Positions 1-10,185 of a stretch of DNA of 32,000 nucleotides are shown piece by piece. The DNA is from Cupriavidus necator (GTDB lineage: Bacteria > Pseudomonadota > Gammaproteobacteria > Burkholderiales > Burkholderiaceae): the NCBI RefSeq assembly GCF_016127575.1, contig NZ_CP066018.1, positions 1,380,001-1,412,000 of the forward strand, written 5' to 3'. The translations under genes were made by a program, and so were the position numbers. The number at the start of each line of letters is the position of its first letter. The stretch's first letter is position 1. The notes under the pieces were generated by a model. The model had not been told where the DNA came from. It was given only the letters and a program-made list of their open reading frames with translations, and did not search any database.

Positions 1-668
1 GCCTCGATGGCCTTGCTGCCGACCGGCACCGAGCGCTGGCGCGAACCCTTGCCGGTCACGGTGACTTCCGCTCCGGCCAGGTCGAGCCAGCCGCTGGAGC
101 GGTAGCCGTCGGCATCGGCATAGCGCAGGTCCAGCTGCACCAGCTCGGACAGCCGCAGCCCGCTTGAATAGAACAGCTCATGGACCGCTTGGTCGCGCAG
201 TGCCTGGGCATCCGTGCCGGCAGGATGCGCGACCAGTGCCACCGCATGTTCGACCGACAAGGCCTTGGGCAGTGCGTGGCCAGAGCGCGGCGCGCGCACG
301 CCGTCGACCGGGTTCACCGTGACGCCATGGCCGTGGCGCGCCGCCCACTGGAAGAAACCGCGCCAGGCCGACAAGGTGCGCGCGATGCTGGTGCCGACCA
401 GCCCGGCGCCATGCAGCCGCGCGGCAAAGTTGCGGATATGGTGGGTCTGCAGTGCCAGCAGGGCCACGCCGGGTGCATAACGCGCCGCGTGCCCCTGCAG
501 CACGCGCAGGTCGCGGCTGTAGCTGGTCAGCGTGTGCTCGGCCAGCTTGCGGCTGCCGCGCAGCCAGTCCAGGTAGCGTGTGACCAGCGGCTCGGGTGCC
601 GGCGGCGGGCCGTCGCTGGCAGGAGCGATATCCGCAACCACGCTGCGGGGCGGCCGGCGTGCAGTCAT
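1..668 (-). CDS. xerC: Tyrosine recombinase XerC, N-terminal ~222 codons; the 3' end runs off the window
   Basis: This ORF is not in the track because it is truncated. My reverse-strand translation from ATG 668 gives MTARRPPRSVVADIAPASDGPPPAPEPLVTRYLDWLRGSRKLAEHTLTSYSRDLRVL...LFYSSGLRLSELVQLDL...VTVTGKGSRQRSVPVGSKAIE. That is the typical Xer N-terminal core-binding domain followed by the start of the catalytic domain. It sits directly downstream of a DUF484 gene, which is the conserved yigA-xerC arrangement. Confidence 0.85.
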   Translation of the reverse strand, partial: MTARRPPRSVVADIAPASDGPPPAPEPLVTRYLDWLRGSRKLAEHTLTSYSRDLRVLQGHAARYAPGVALLALQTHHIRNFAARLHGAGLVGTSIARTLSAWRGFFQWAARHGHGVTVNPVDGVRAPRSGHALPKALSVEHAVALVAHPAGTDAQALRDQAVHELFYSSGLRLSELVQLDLRYADADGYRSSGWLDLAGAEVTVTGKGSRQRSVPVGSKAIE

Positions 669-693
669 GGCGTCAGGCGTGGGCCGCCGCGCC

Positions 694-1380
694 TCAGTCG
701 CGCAGCCGGTGCAGCGCGGCGCCGGCGACTTCGCCGATCTGCGACAGGTAGGCGGTGCCCATGCCTTCGTGGAAACGGCGCGGATCGGGCGAGCCCAGCA
801 CCAGCAGGCCAAAGGCTGCGCCGCGCACGTCGGCACCGGCCTCGGCATCGCCGGCACGCACCGGCACGCGCAGCGTCACCATCGCCAGCGAGGTGATATC
901 GTCGCGCTCCAGCAGCCCCGCGGCCTCGAAGCCGCCGTTGCTGCCGCAGTACGGCGCACGCAGGCCTTCGGCAAAGATGCGCAGGTCTTCGCTGGCGCCC
1001 TGCGCCACTTCCATATGGACGTATTGCTCGGCGACATCCCACAGCCTGAGCGCCACCGCCGGCACATCGAACACCTGCTGCAGGCCGTCCTGCACTGCAT
1101 AGGGCAGCGCGTGCGAATCGGCTTCGGCCAGCAGGCGCAGCTGCCAGGCATGCATGCGTTGCTGGGTGCGGTCGTTGTCATGGCCGTGGCGGACCAGGTC
1201 CGCCAGGCGCAGCTCCAGGCCCTTGTTCTTCTCGCGCAGGATTTCCATCTGGCGTTCCTGCAGCGACACGGCGCGGTGGCTGTGCGGGCTGGTCAGCTGC
1301 ACCGCGGCCAGCAGCTCGGCGTGTTCTTCGAAGAATTCGGGGTGGCTCTGCAGGTAGGCGGCAACGTCTTGGGCGTTCAT
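694..1380 (-). CDS. DUF484 (YigA-like) family protein
   Basis: 228-aa ORF starting MNAQDVAAYLQSHPEFFEEHAELLA..., followed by a coiled segment (LQERQMEILREKNKGLELRLADLV). This is the characteristic DUF484 N-terminus, and the gene lies immediately upstream of xerC. Confidence 0.8.
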   Translation of the reverse strand: MNAQDVAAYLQSHPEFFEEHAELLAAVQLTSPHSHRAVSLQERQMEILREKNKGLELRLADLVRHGHDNDRTQQRMHAWQLRLLAEADSHALPYAVQDGLQQVFDVPAVALRLWDVAEQYVHMEVAQGASEDLRIFAEGLRAPYCGSNGGFEAAGLLERDDITSLAMVTLRVPVRAGDAEAGADVRGAAFGLLVLGSPDPRRFHEGMGTAYLSQIGEVAGAALHRLRD

Positions 1381-1424
1381 GGGGCGTGGACCGGTAGAGG
1401 TAAAGTGGGTGGCAGTTTAGCAAA

Positions 1425-1457
1425 GGGGACCGGCGGCACAGCCGCGGCCCCCTTTTT
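1425..1457. terminator. Imperfect GC hairpin (1425-1452) with TTTTT on the plus strand and CCCCTTTGC on the minus strand; candidate terminator after rodA
   Basis: GGGGACCGGCGG-cacag-CCGCGGCCCCC followed by TTTTT at 1453-1457. It lies in the 89-nt gap between the rodA stop (1470) and the DUF484 start (1380). The clean T-run is on the strand that has no upstream gene. Confidence 0.4.
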
Positions 1458-1469
1458 ACGCAGGCTGCG

Positions 1470-2612
1470 CTACGTCTGGATCAGCCGCTTCTGCCGCGAA
1501 ATGCTCATCAGAATGCCGATGCCCGCGCCCAGCGTCACCAGTGCGGTGCCGCCATAGCTCATCAGCGGCAGCGGCACGCCCACCACCGGCAGGATGCCGC
1601 TGACCATGCCCATGTTGACGAAGGCATAGGTGAAGAAGATCAGCGTGATCGATCCCGCCAGCAGCCGCGAGAACAGCGTCGGCGCATTGGCCGCGATAAA
1701 CAGGCCGCGAAAGATCAGCAGCAGGTACAGCACCAGCAGCACCGCATTGCCGATCAGGCCGAACTCTTCCGAGTACACCGCGAAGATAAAGTCGGTGTGC
1801 TTTTCCGGGATGAATTCCAGGTGCGTCTGCGTGCCCTTGAGCCAGCCCTTGCCCTCGACCCCGCCGGAGCCGATGGCGATGATCGACTGGATCGTGTGGA
1901 AGCCCTTGCCGAGCGGATCGCTGGTCGGGTCCAGCAGCGTGCAGACGCGGTGCTGCTGGTAGTCGTGCAGCACCGGCCAGTTCACGCCCGGCGCGCACAT
2001 ATCGTTCTGGAACGTGATCAGCAGCGTGATCGCCACCACCAGCAGCCCCAGCAGCGGCAGGATCAGCCGCCACGACAGGCCGGCGAAGTAGATCACGTAC
2101 ACGCCCGCGGCCATCACCAGCAGTGCCGTGCCCAGGTCAGGCTGCTTGGCGATCAGGCCGACCGGGATCAGCAGCAGCCCCAGCGCCACCACGAAGTCGA
2201 ACCACTTGATCACGCCCTCGCGCTTCTGGAAATACCAGGCCAGCATCAGCGGCATCGAGATCTTCATGATCTCGGACGGCTGGATCACCATGCCGACATA
2301 GAGCCAGCGGCGCGCGCCCTTGCGGATCAGGCCGAACATGGCCACCGCGATCAGCAGCGCCACTCCGACCGTGTAGATCGGCACCGCCACCCGCATCAGC
2401 GTCTGCGTAGGCAGGTAGGCGATCACGATCATCACCACATAAGACAGCAGGATATTGCGCAGCTGATCCTCAACCCGGCCCGGCATGTCGATGGCGGCCG
2501 AGTACAGCGCCACGATGCCAGTGGCGAACAGCAGGAAGACGATCAGCGAGAGTGGTTTGTCAAAACCGGTCAGCGCGGTCTTGATCAGGGACAGGACGCG
2601 GCGTCGATCCAT
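1470..2612 (-). CDS. rodA: SEDS-family peptidoglycan glycosyltransferase RodA
   Basis: 380-aa polytopic membrane protein. It has a typical RodA/FtsW C-terminus (LPVVGVPLPLMSYGGTALVTLGAGIGILMSI), an AAGGAG RBS before the ATG, and lies 11 nt downstream of the PBP2 gene. Confidence 0.95.
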   Translation of the reverse strand: MDRRRVLSLIKTALTGFDKPLSLIVFLLFATGIVALYSAAIDMPGRVEDQLRNILLSYVVMIVIAYLPTQTLMRVAVPIYTVGVALLIAVAMFGLIRKGARRWLYVGMVIQPSEIMKISMPLMLAWYFQKREGVIKWFDFVVALGLLLIPVGLIAKQPDLGTALLVMAAGVYVIYFAGLSWRLILPLLGLLVVAITLLITFQNDMCAPGVNWPVLHDYQQHRVCTLLDPTSDPLGKGFHTIQSIIAIGSGGVEGKGWLKGTQTHLEFIPEKHTDFIFAVYSEEFGLIGNAVLLVLYLLLIFRGLFIAANAPTLFSRLLAGSITLIFFTYAFVNMGMVSGILPVVGVPLPLMSYGGTALVTLGAGIGILMSISRQKRLIQT

Positions 2613-2623
2613 GCGCGTCTCCT

Positions 2624-4930
2624 TCAGCGAGTGGCGTCGGCACCGCTGGCTGCCTTGGCAGCCACGGGCTTGACGCGTGGTTTGGGCGCGGGCGCCTTGG
2701 CCGGCACGACCGGCGCGGAAGCCGGCGGCGGCACCTTCGGCTTGCTGTGGCCCAGCGCCTGCAGCATGCGTTCATCCAGCGTCTGCACGGCCGAGGCCGG
2801 TGCGATCGCGGCCGGGTCCAGCGCCGCCGCGATCGCGTCAGACGCCCCGGCATGCGCGCCCGACGCCGCGGCGACCTCGCTGGCGGCCGCGCCGCTGGCC
2901 GGCGCGCTGCCGCTCGACATCACCGTGGCGCTGGCAATGCTGGCGGTCTGGCCGGTGGTGAACACGCTCGGCGTTGCCACCGGCGGGCGGCCCGCCATGC
3001 GCTCGGCTTCCGGCGGCGCGATGGCTTCCAGCTCCGCCGGCCATTTGCCGGTCAGGTAGTAGTCCATCACCTTGCGCGCGATCGGCGCGGCCACCGCGGC
3101 GCCGAAGCCGGCGTTCTCGACGATCAGCGCAATCGCGATCCTGGGGTTGTCCGCGGGCGCGAAGGCCGTGTACAGCGAGTGGTCGCGCTTGCGCTCGTCC
3201 AGCGCGTGGTGGTTGTACTTCTCGCCCTTGGCCAGGCTGTAGGTCTGCGCCGTGCCGGTCTTGCCCGCCGATTCGTAGGCGGCGCCGGCGAACACGCGCG
3301 CGGCCGTGCCGGAATGCGTCACCGCCACCATGGCGCGCTTGATCACGTTGATGTCGGCCTGCTTGAGCGGGATCGTGTAGCTTTCCTTGGGCACGGTCAG
3401 CGTGCGCTTGCGCGTGACCGCATCCTCCACGGCCTTGACCAGGTGGGGCTTCATCACCTTGCCGTCGTTGACGATGACCGAGGTGGCCTGCGCAAGCTGC
3501 AGGATGGTGAAGCTGTTGTAGCCCTGGCCGATGCCCAGCGAGATGGTCTCGCCGTCGTACCACTTCTGCTGCTCGGGCTTGCGGTACGCCTTGCGCTTCC
3601 AGTCGGTCGACGGCAGGATGCCGCGGCTTTCGCCCTCGATGTCGATGCCCGTGATCTGGCCGAAGCCCAGCGGCTTCATGAAGTCATGGATGCCGTTGAC
3701 GCCCATGTCGCGCGCCAGCGCGTAGTAGTAGGTGTCGCACGAATGCACGATCGAGCTGTGCATGTCGACCCAGCCATGGCCGCCCGGCTTGTCGTCGCGG
3801 AAGGTATGGTTGCCCAGCGTGAAGAAGCCGGGGTCGGACATGCCCCAGGCCGCGGTGCGCTTGCCGGTGGTCAGCGCGGCCAGCGCCATGAACGGCTTGT
3901 AGGTCGAGCCCGGCGGGTAGGTGCCGCGCAGCGGGCGGTTCAGCAGTGGCTTGTCGGGCGAGTTGTTGAGCTCGTTCCAGGTATTGGTGTCGATGCCCTC
4001 GACGAACAGGTTGGGGTCGTAGGTCGGCTTGGAGACAAAGGCCAGGATGTCGCCGGTGGACGGCTCGATCGCCACCAGTGCGCCGCGGCGGTTGCCGTAG
4101 AGTGCCTCGGCCAGCTGCTGCAGGCGGATGTCCAGCGACAGGATCAGGTTGTTGCCAGGCGTGGCGGGTGAGGTCGAAAGCGTGCGGATGGGGCGCCCGC
4201 CCGCGCTCACTTCCACTTCCTCGAAGCCGGTCAGGCCGTGCAGCTCGCTCTCGTAGCTCTGCTCCAGGCCGATCTTGCCGATGTAGTTGGTGCCCTTGTA
4301 GTTGTCGGCGTCCTTGCGCGGATCGTATTTGGCGCCGTCGGCATCGTTGGCCTCGTCCATGGCCTCGATGCGTTCCTGGTCGCGCTGCGAGATGCGGCCC
4401 AGGTAGCCGATCACGTGCGAAGCCGACTCGCCCAGCGGGTACTGCCGGAACAGCCGCGCGCGCACATCCACGCCCGGGAAGCGGAAGCGCTGCGCGGAGA
4501 AGCGCGCCACTTCCTCGTCGCTCAGCTGGCTGCGGATCGGCAGGCTTTCAAAGCTGCGCGACTCTTCCATCAGCCGCTTGAAGCGGCGCCGGTCGCGCGG
4601 CTGGATATCCACCAGCGCCGACAGGCCTTCGATGGTGTTGTCCAGCGTATCGCCCAGCTTGGACGGCGTGATCTCCAGCGTGTACGCGGAATAATTGCGC
4701 GCCAGCACGATCCCGTTGCGGTCCATGATGATGCCGCGGTTGGGCTCGATCGGCGCCACCGAGATGCGATTGTCCTCGGCCTTGGCCGAGTACTGGTCAT
4801 GCTTGTACCACTGCAGCCACAGGAAGCGCGTGAACAGCAGGCCAAAGCAGATCACCGTGAACAGGGCCGCGGCCGCCACGCGGATGCGGAAGCGGCCGAT
4901 TTCCAGTTCGACGTTGCGGATTTCGGTCAT
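2624..4930 (-). CDS. mrdA: Penicillin-binding protein 2 (elongasome transpeptidase) with a ~136-aa C-terminal Ala/Pro/Ser/Lys-rich extension
   Basis: N-terminal TM anchor, SxxK box (GSTYKP), SxD box (HSCD) and KTG box (GKTGTA). The gene sits between mreD and rodA. At 768 aa it exceeds the usual ~630 aa because of a low-complexity tail. Confidence 0.95.
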   Translation of the reverse strand: MTEIRNVELEIGRFRIRVAAAALFTVICFGLLFTRFLWLQWYKHDQYSAKAEDNRISVAPIEPNRGIIMDRNGIVLARNYSAYTLEITPSKLGDTLDNTIEGLSALVDIQPRDRRRFKRLMEESRSFESLPIRSQLSDEEVARFSAQRFRFPGVDVRARLFRQYPLGESASHVIGYLGRISQRDQERIEAMDEANDADGAKYDPRKDADNYKGTNYIGKIGLEQSYESELHGLTGFEEVEVSAGGRPIRTLSTSPATPGNNLILSLDIRLQQLAEALYGNRRGALVAIEPSTGDILAFVSKPTYDPNLFVEGIDTNTWNELNNSPDKPLLNRPLRGTYPPGSTYKPFMALAALTTGKRTAAWGMSDPGFFTLGNHTFRDDKPGGHGWVDMHSSIVHSCDTYYYALARDMGVNGIHDFMKPLGFGQITGIDIEGESRGILPSTDWKRKAYRKPEQQKWYDGETISLGIGQGYNSFTILQLAQATSVIVNDGKVMKPHLVKAVEDAVTRKRTLTVPKESYTIPLKQADINVIKRAMVAVTHSGTAARVFAGAAYESAGKTGTAQTYSLAKGEKYNHHALDERKRDHSLYTAFAPADNPRIAIALIVENAGFGAAVAAPIARKVMDYYLTGKWPAELEAIAPPEAERMAGRPPVATPSVFTTGQTASIASATVMSSGSAPASGAAASEVAAASGAHAGASDAIAAALDPAAIAPASAVQTLDERMLQALGHSKPKVPPPASAPVVPAKAPAPKPRVKPVAAKAASGADATR

Positions 4931-4983
4931 GGTACTGCGTTGGCCAGGGATGAGCGTTTAGGTGCGGTCAGGTGCGTGCGGCG

Positions 4984-5496
4984 TCAGATCGGACGCGTCT
5001 CGTCGACATCGCTCGAACGGCGCTGCGGCGCCAGCAGCAGGCTGGTGGCCAGCGGCCACAGCAGCGCCTCGATCGCCGGTGCCAGCAGCAGTTGCCAGCC
5101 CGGCAGCGGCGCGCCCATGGCCAGCCGGATCAGCACCGGCACCGCGTGCACGACGAACAGCAGCGGCAGCACGTGCAGCGCCTGGGTATAGACGGTGAAC
5201 CACAGCACGCGGCGGTGGATGGTGATGGCGAAGTAGGCCAGCAGAGTGTAGGCCAGTGCGTGCTCGCCCAGCAGCCGGGCATCGTGCACGTCCATCAGCA
5301 GGCCCAGCAGGAAGGCCACGCCCATGCCCACCTTGCGCGGCTGGTGGATGTTCCAGAACACCAGCACCAGCGCCACCATGTCGGGGACCCACAGCGTGGT
5401 GCCCCAGGGCATCAGGTTGAACAGGAACGCCAGCACGAAGCTGAAGGCGATAAAGGCGGGATTGACCGGCCGCAGCAGGTATTGGGGATTGGTCAC
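4984..5496 (-). CDS. mreD: Rod shape-determining protein MreD
   Basis: 170-aa hydrophobic multi-TM protein. Its GTG start overlaps the mreC stop (GTGA), and it occupies the canonical position after mreC. Confidence 0.85.
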   Translation of the reverse strand: MTNPQYLLRPVNPAFIAFSFVLAFLFNLMPWGTTLWVPDMVALVLVFWNIHQPRKVGMGVAFLLGLLMDVHDARLLGEHALAYTLLAYFAITIHRRVLWFTVYTQALHVLPLLFVVHAVPVLIRLAMGAPLPGWQLLLAPAIEALLWPLATSLLLAPQRRSSDVDETRPI

Positions 5497-6458
5497 CGTG
5501 GTGCCTCCTTGGCGGGTGCGGCCTTGGCAGCCGCTGCGCTATCGGCGGCAGCGCGTGCCGCAGCGGACTTGGCGCCCTTGACCGGCGCCTCCGGCTTGGC
5601 CTCGACCGTTTCCCGCGCGGGAATGGCCGCGTCGTAGCGCACCACCAGCAGCAGGCGGTGCGCGCGCACGCCGGCCACCGGCTCGCAGTACACGCGCGAA
5701 AACGCGGTATCGGCCTTGCGCTCGATATGGACGATCTTTGCCACCGGCAGGCCCGGCGGGTAGGTGCCGTCCAGGCCCGAGGTCACCAGCAGGTCGCCCT
5801 GCTGCAGGTCGGCGGCGGCGGCCATGAAGCGCAGGTCCAGCTGGCCCGCGCGCGCGCCGCCGAAGGCCACGCTGCGCAGCCCGTTGCGCACCACCTGCAC
5901 GGGGATGGCCTGGTCCTTGTCGGTGAGCAGCGTCACCTCGGACTGGAACGGCGACACGCGCGTGACCTGCCCCACCACGCCGCGCTCGTCGATCACCGGG
6001 TAGCCGGCGCGCAGGCCGTGCTGGCTGCCCTTGTCGATCACGATACGCTGGGTGTAGGGATCGCGCGCGTCATACAGGATCTCGGCGGCCGTCACCGGCG
6101 TGGCCGACTGCTGCGCCAGCCCGAGCAGCTTGCGCAGCTGGTTGTTCTCGGACTCCAGCTGCGCCTGGCGCACCGAGGCCTGGGCCTGCTGCACGGCGTT
6201 CTGGCGCAGTTCGCGGTTTTCGGTGGCGAGCATCGCCGACGACTGCGCATAGTCGAACATCGTGCGCAGTGCGTCGCGCGGCGTCAGCACCAGGCGTTCG
6301 ACCGGCATCAGCACGGTGGCGGCAACCTGCCGGCCCACGCTGAGCGCGTCGAAACGGGCATCGACCACCAGCAGCGCCAGCGCGATACCCACGTACAGGA
6401 CCAGCCTGGCGACAGCCGAGGTGCCTTGCTTGAAGAGCGGCGGAGGGGAGTAATCCAT
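5493..6458 (-). CDS. mreC: Rod shape-determining protein MreC with a ~41-aa Ala/Pro/Lys-rich C-terminal tail
   Basis: 321 aa with an N-terminal TM, a coiled-coil (ENRELRQNAVQQAQASVRQAQLESENNQLRKLL) and beta-barrel repeats (GYPVIDERGVVGQVTRV, LLVTSGLDGTYPPGLPVAKI). Confidence 0.93.
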   Translation of the reverse strand: MDYSPPPLFKQGTSAVARLVLYVGIALALLVVDARFDALSVGRQVAATVLMPVERLVLTPRDALRTMFDYAQSSAMLATENRELRQNAVQQAQASVRQAQLESENNQLRKLLGLAQQSATPVTAAEILYDARDPYTQRIVIDKGSQHGLRAGYPVIDERGVVGQVTRVSPFQSEVTLLTDKDQAIPVQVVRNGLRSVAFGGARAGQLDLRFMAAAADLQQGDLLVTSGLDGTYPPGLPVAKIVHIERKADTAFSRVYCEPVAGVRAHRLLLVVRYDAAIPARETVEAKPEAPVKGAKSAAARAAADSAAAAKAAPAKEAPR

Positions 6459-6494
6459 TTACCCGAACAAAGGCCAAAGCCCACGCGGAAACGC

Positions 6495-6560
6495 CCCGCC
6501 GCCCGCCGTGCCGCGCCCGGGTCCCTTGCGGGGACGGGAGCGGCACGGCCGGGCGGCGGG
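6495..6560 (-). promoter_or_regulatory. Extended GC-rich stem-loop (~28 bp) in the 196-nt mreB-mreC spacer; candidate attenuator or partial terminator, or an mRNA stabiliser
   Basis: Arm 6495-6514 (cccgccgcccgccgtgccgc) pairs with 6540-6560 (gcggcacggccgggcggcggg), giving 20 bp with one bulged C at 6550. An inner 8 bp (6516-6525 with 6531-6538) closes a 5-nt loop. On the transcribed strand the hairpin is followed by GCGTTTCC. Confidence 0.5.
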
Positions 6561-6654
6561 AACTGCCAGGGCCCGGCCCCGGCGGATGAGGCGCCGCGAC
6601 GCCGCCCTGATCGCTGGATCCGGCAGGCCGCGCATCGCCACGTGAGCGTCCTTC

Positions 6655-7890
<1,236 letters not shown>

Positions 7891-8112
7891 CTACGGGAAC
7901 CTTTGATTAGACCCCGCGGAAAAGTTCGCGGAAATGTGCAGGCACCGGCGCACCATATCGAATCACTGCGACATGCGCTGGCCGGCTGCAGAGGCCTAAT
8001 CAGAGGACCCAGGTCCGCCCTTCGGGCGCCTGCGGATGCCAGGCGCAAGCGCGCCGGCCTGCGGCCATGTGGCGTAAGCGTTGCCAAGGGTCGGTAACTC
8101 GCAATGATACCT

Positions 8113-8118
8113 TATAAT
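8113..8118 (+). promoter_or_regulatory. Consensus TATAAT hexamer in the only AT-rich patch of the mreB/gatC spacer; possible -10 for gatC
   Basis: Perfect TATAAT 170 nt upstream of the gatC ATG. I found no convincing -35: TTGCCA at 8081-8086 is 26 nt away. Low confidence. Confidence 0.25.
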
Positions 8119-8287
8119 TCCTGCTGCTTCGGGCGTTTACAGCCTGAAAATACCTGTAATTCCGACGACTCCGGGGCGCCACTCCGGCGCCCCCGGTCAG
8201 GCCACGGGCCGTGCGACGCAGCCGCCCCATGAGCCAGCCGCCGGCGCAGCCCGCGCCCCCGCATCCGAGCATCCGAACCACCACGCC

Positions 8288-8587
8288 ATGGCCCTCGCTC
8301 TATCCGACGTCAAGCGCATCGCCCACCTGGCCCGCATCGAAATCAGCGATGACGAGGCCGCCCAGACGCTTGCGCAGCTGAACAACTTTTTCTCGCTGGT
8401 CGAGCAGATGCAGGCGGTCGACACCAGCGGCATCGAGCCGCTGGCCCACCCGCTGTCAGCCGTGCGCGACATGGTCCAGCGCCTGCGCGAGGACGTGGTC
8501 ACCGAATCCGACCGCCGCGCCGACTACCAGCGCCCCGCGCCGGCCACCGAAGACGGCCTGTACCTGGTGCCCAAGGTCATCGAATGA
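8288..8587 (+). CDS. gatC: Asp/Glu-tRNA amidotransferase subunit C
   Basis: 99 aa starting [41 protein letters not shown], the typical GatC N-terminus. It lies upstream of gatA. Confidence 0.93.
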   Translation: MALALSDVKRIAHLARIEISDDEAAQTLAQLNNFFSLVEQMQAVDTSGIEPLAHPLSAVRDMVQRLREDVVTESDRRADYQRPAPATEDGLYLVPKVIE

Positions 8588-8679
8588 CCGCCGCCCGGCC
8601 CGGACCCGACGCACCCGTGCATGCCTGTCCGGCGCCGGCCATCCGCCAGTACGCCACCCCCTGATGCCAACCGACTGTC

Positions 8680-10185
8680 ATGCCCTTTTCCGCTGATTCC
8701 GTGACCTCCCTGCGCCAGCTAGCCGATGCGCTGGCCGCGCGCTCCGTCTCCGCCGAGGAACTCGCACGCGAGTACCTGGCCCGCATCGAGCAGGCCGCCG
8801 CGCTCAACGCGTTTATCCACGTCGATGCCGAGCGGACCCTGGCGCAGGCGCGCGCCGCCGATGAACGCCGCGCCCGCGGCGAGGCCGCGCCGCTGACCGG
8901 CGTGCCGATCGCGCACAAGGACGTGTTCGTCACGCGCGGCTGGCGTGCCACCGCCGGCTCGAAGATGCTGGCCAACTATGAAAGCCCGTTCGACGCCACC
9001 GTGGTCGAACGCATGGCCGCGGCCGGCATGGTCACGCTGGGCAAGACCAATATGGACGAGTTCGCGATGGGCTCGTCCAACGAGAACTCGCATTTCGGCC
9101 CGGTGCGCAACCCCTGGGACACCAGCCGCGTGCCCGGCGGCTCGTCGGGCGGCTCGGCCGCGGCCGTGGCCGCCGGCCTGGCCCCCGCCGCCACCGGCAC
9201 CGACACCGGCGGCTCGATCCGCCAGCCGTCGTCGTTCTCGGGCATCACCGGCATCAAGCCGACCTACGGCCGCGTGTCGCGCTACGGCATGATCGCCTTC
9301 GCCTCGTCGCTGGACCAGGCCGGCCCGATGGCCCATAGCGCCGAAGACTGCGCGCTGCTGCTCAACGCCATGGCCGGCTTCGACCCCAGGGACTCCACCA
9401 GCATCACGCCCGCGCAGGGCGGCGTGGACGAGGACTACACCCGCCTGCTGGGCCAGCCGCGCGCCGGCGCCACTACCGAGCGCCCGCTCGCCGGCCTGCG
9501 CATCGGCCTGCCGAAGGAATACTTCGGCAAGGGCCTGTCGGCCGACGTCGAGCAGGCCGTGCGCGCCGCGCTGGCCGAGTATGAAAAGCTGGGCGCCACG
9601 CTGGTCGAGGTGACGCTGCCAAAGACCGAGCTGTCGATCCCGGTGTACTACGTGATCGCGCCGGCCGAGGCCTCGTCCAACCTGTCGCGCTTTGACGGCG
9701 TGCGCTACGGCCACCGCGCGGCCGAATACCGCGACCTGCTCGACATGTACAAGAAGAGCCGCGCCGAAGGCTTCGGCGCCGAGGTCAAGCGCCGCATCAT
9801 GGTCGGCACCTATGTGCTGTCGCATGGCTACTACGACGCCTACTACCTGCAGGCGCAGAAGATCCGCCGCATCATCGCCGACGACTTCCAGCGTGCCTTC
9901 GCCCAGTGCGACGTGATCATGGGGCCGGTGGCGCCGACGGTGGCGTGGAAACTGGGCGAGAAGACCTCGGACCCGGTGCAGATGTACCTGGCCGATATCT
10001 TCACGCTGTCGACCAGCCTGGCCGGCCTGCCCGGCATGAGCGTGCCGTGCGGCTTTGGCGAGGCCGGCATGCCGGTGGGCCTGCAGCTGATCGGCAACTA
10101 CTTCGACGAGGCGCGCCTGCTGCAGACCGCGCACGCGTTCCAGCAGGCGACCGACTGGCACCTGCGCCGTCCGGGCAAGGCATGA
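8680..10185 (+). CDS. gatA: Asp/Glu-tRNA amidotransferase subunit A (amidase-signature enzyme)
   Basis: 501 aa with the amidase signature [14 protein letters not shown]...[11 protein letters not shown]. Confidence 0.96.
   Translation: MPFSADSVTSLRQLADALAARSVSAEELAREYLARIEQAAALNAFIHVDAERTLAQARAADERRARGEAAPLTGVPIAHKDVFVTRGWRATAGSKMLANYESPFDATVVERMAAAGMVTLGKTNMDEFAMGSSNENSHFGPVRNPWDTSRVPGGSSGGSAAAVAAGLAPAATGTDTGGSIRQPSSFSGITGIKPTYGRVSRYGMIAFASSLDQAGPMAHSAEDCALLLNAMAGFDPRDSTSITPAQGGVDEDYTRLLGQPRAGATTERPLAGLRIGLPKEYFGKGLSADVEQAVRAALAEYEKLGATLVEVTLPKTELSIPVYYVIAPAEASSNLSRFDGVRYGHRAAEYRDLLDMYKKSRAEGFGAEVKRRIMVGTYVLSHGYYDAYYLQAQKIRRIIADDFQRAFAQCDVIMGPVAPTVAWKLGEKTSDPVQMYLADIFTLSTSLAGLPGMSVPCGFGEAGMPVGLQLIGNYFDEARLLQTAHAFQQATDWHLRRPGKA

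Noticed and set aside
1-668. Tyrosine recombinase as a marker of an integrated mobile element or island boundary.
   Set aside because: The DUF484-xerC pairing and the Xer-type N-terminal domain indicate the housekeeping dimer-resolution recombinase. No att-like repeats, tRNA gene or phage/IS genes are adjacent.
1797-4171. Long plus-strand ORFs (1797-3059, 420 aa; 2747-4171, 474 aa) overlapping rodA and mrdA.
   Set aside because: They run antisense to genes with unmistakable motifs. Their products are Arg/Ala/Gly/His-rich low-complexity strings with no RBS. Long open antisense frames are expected in DNA this GC-rich because stop codons are rare.
8173-8193. The GGGGCGCC-actcc-GGCGCCCC hairpin as a rho-independent terminator.
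   Set aside because: There is no U-tract on either strand, and it lies within the probable gatC leader. I kept it only as part of the spacer finding.
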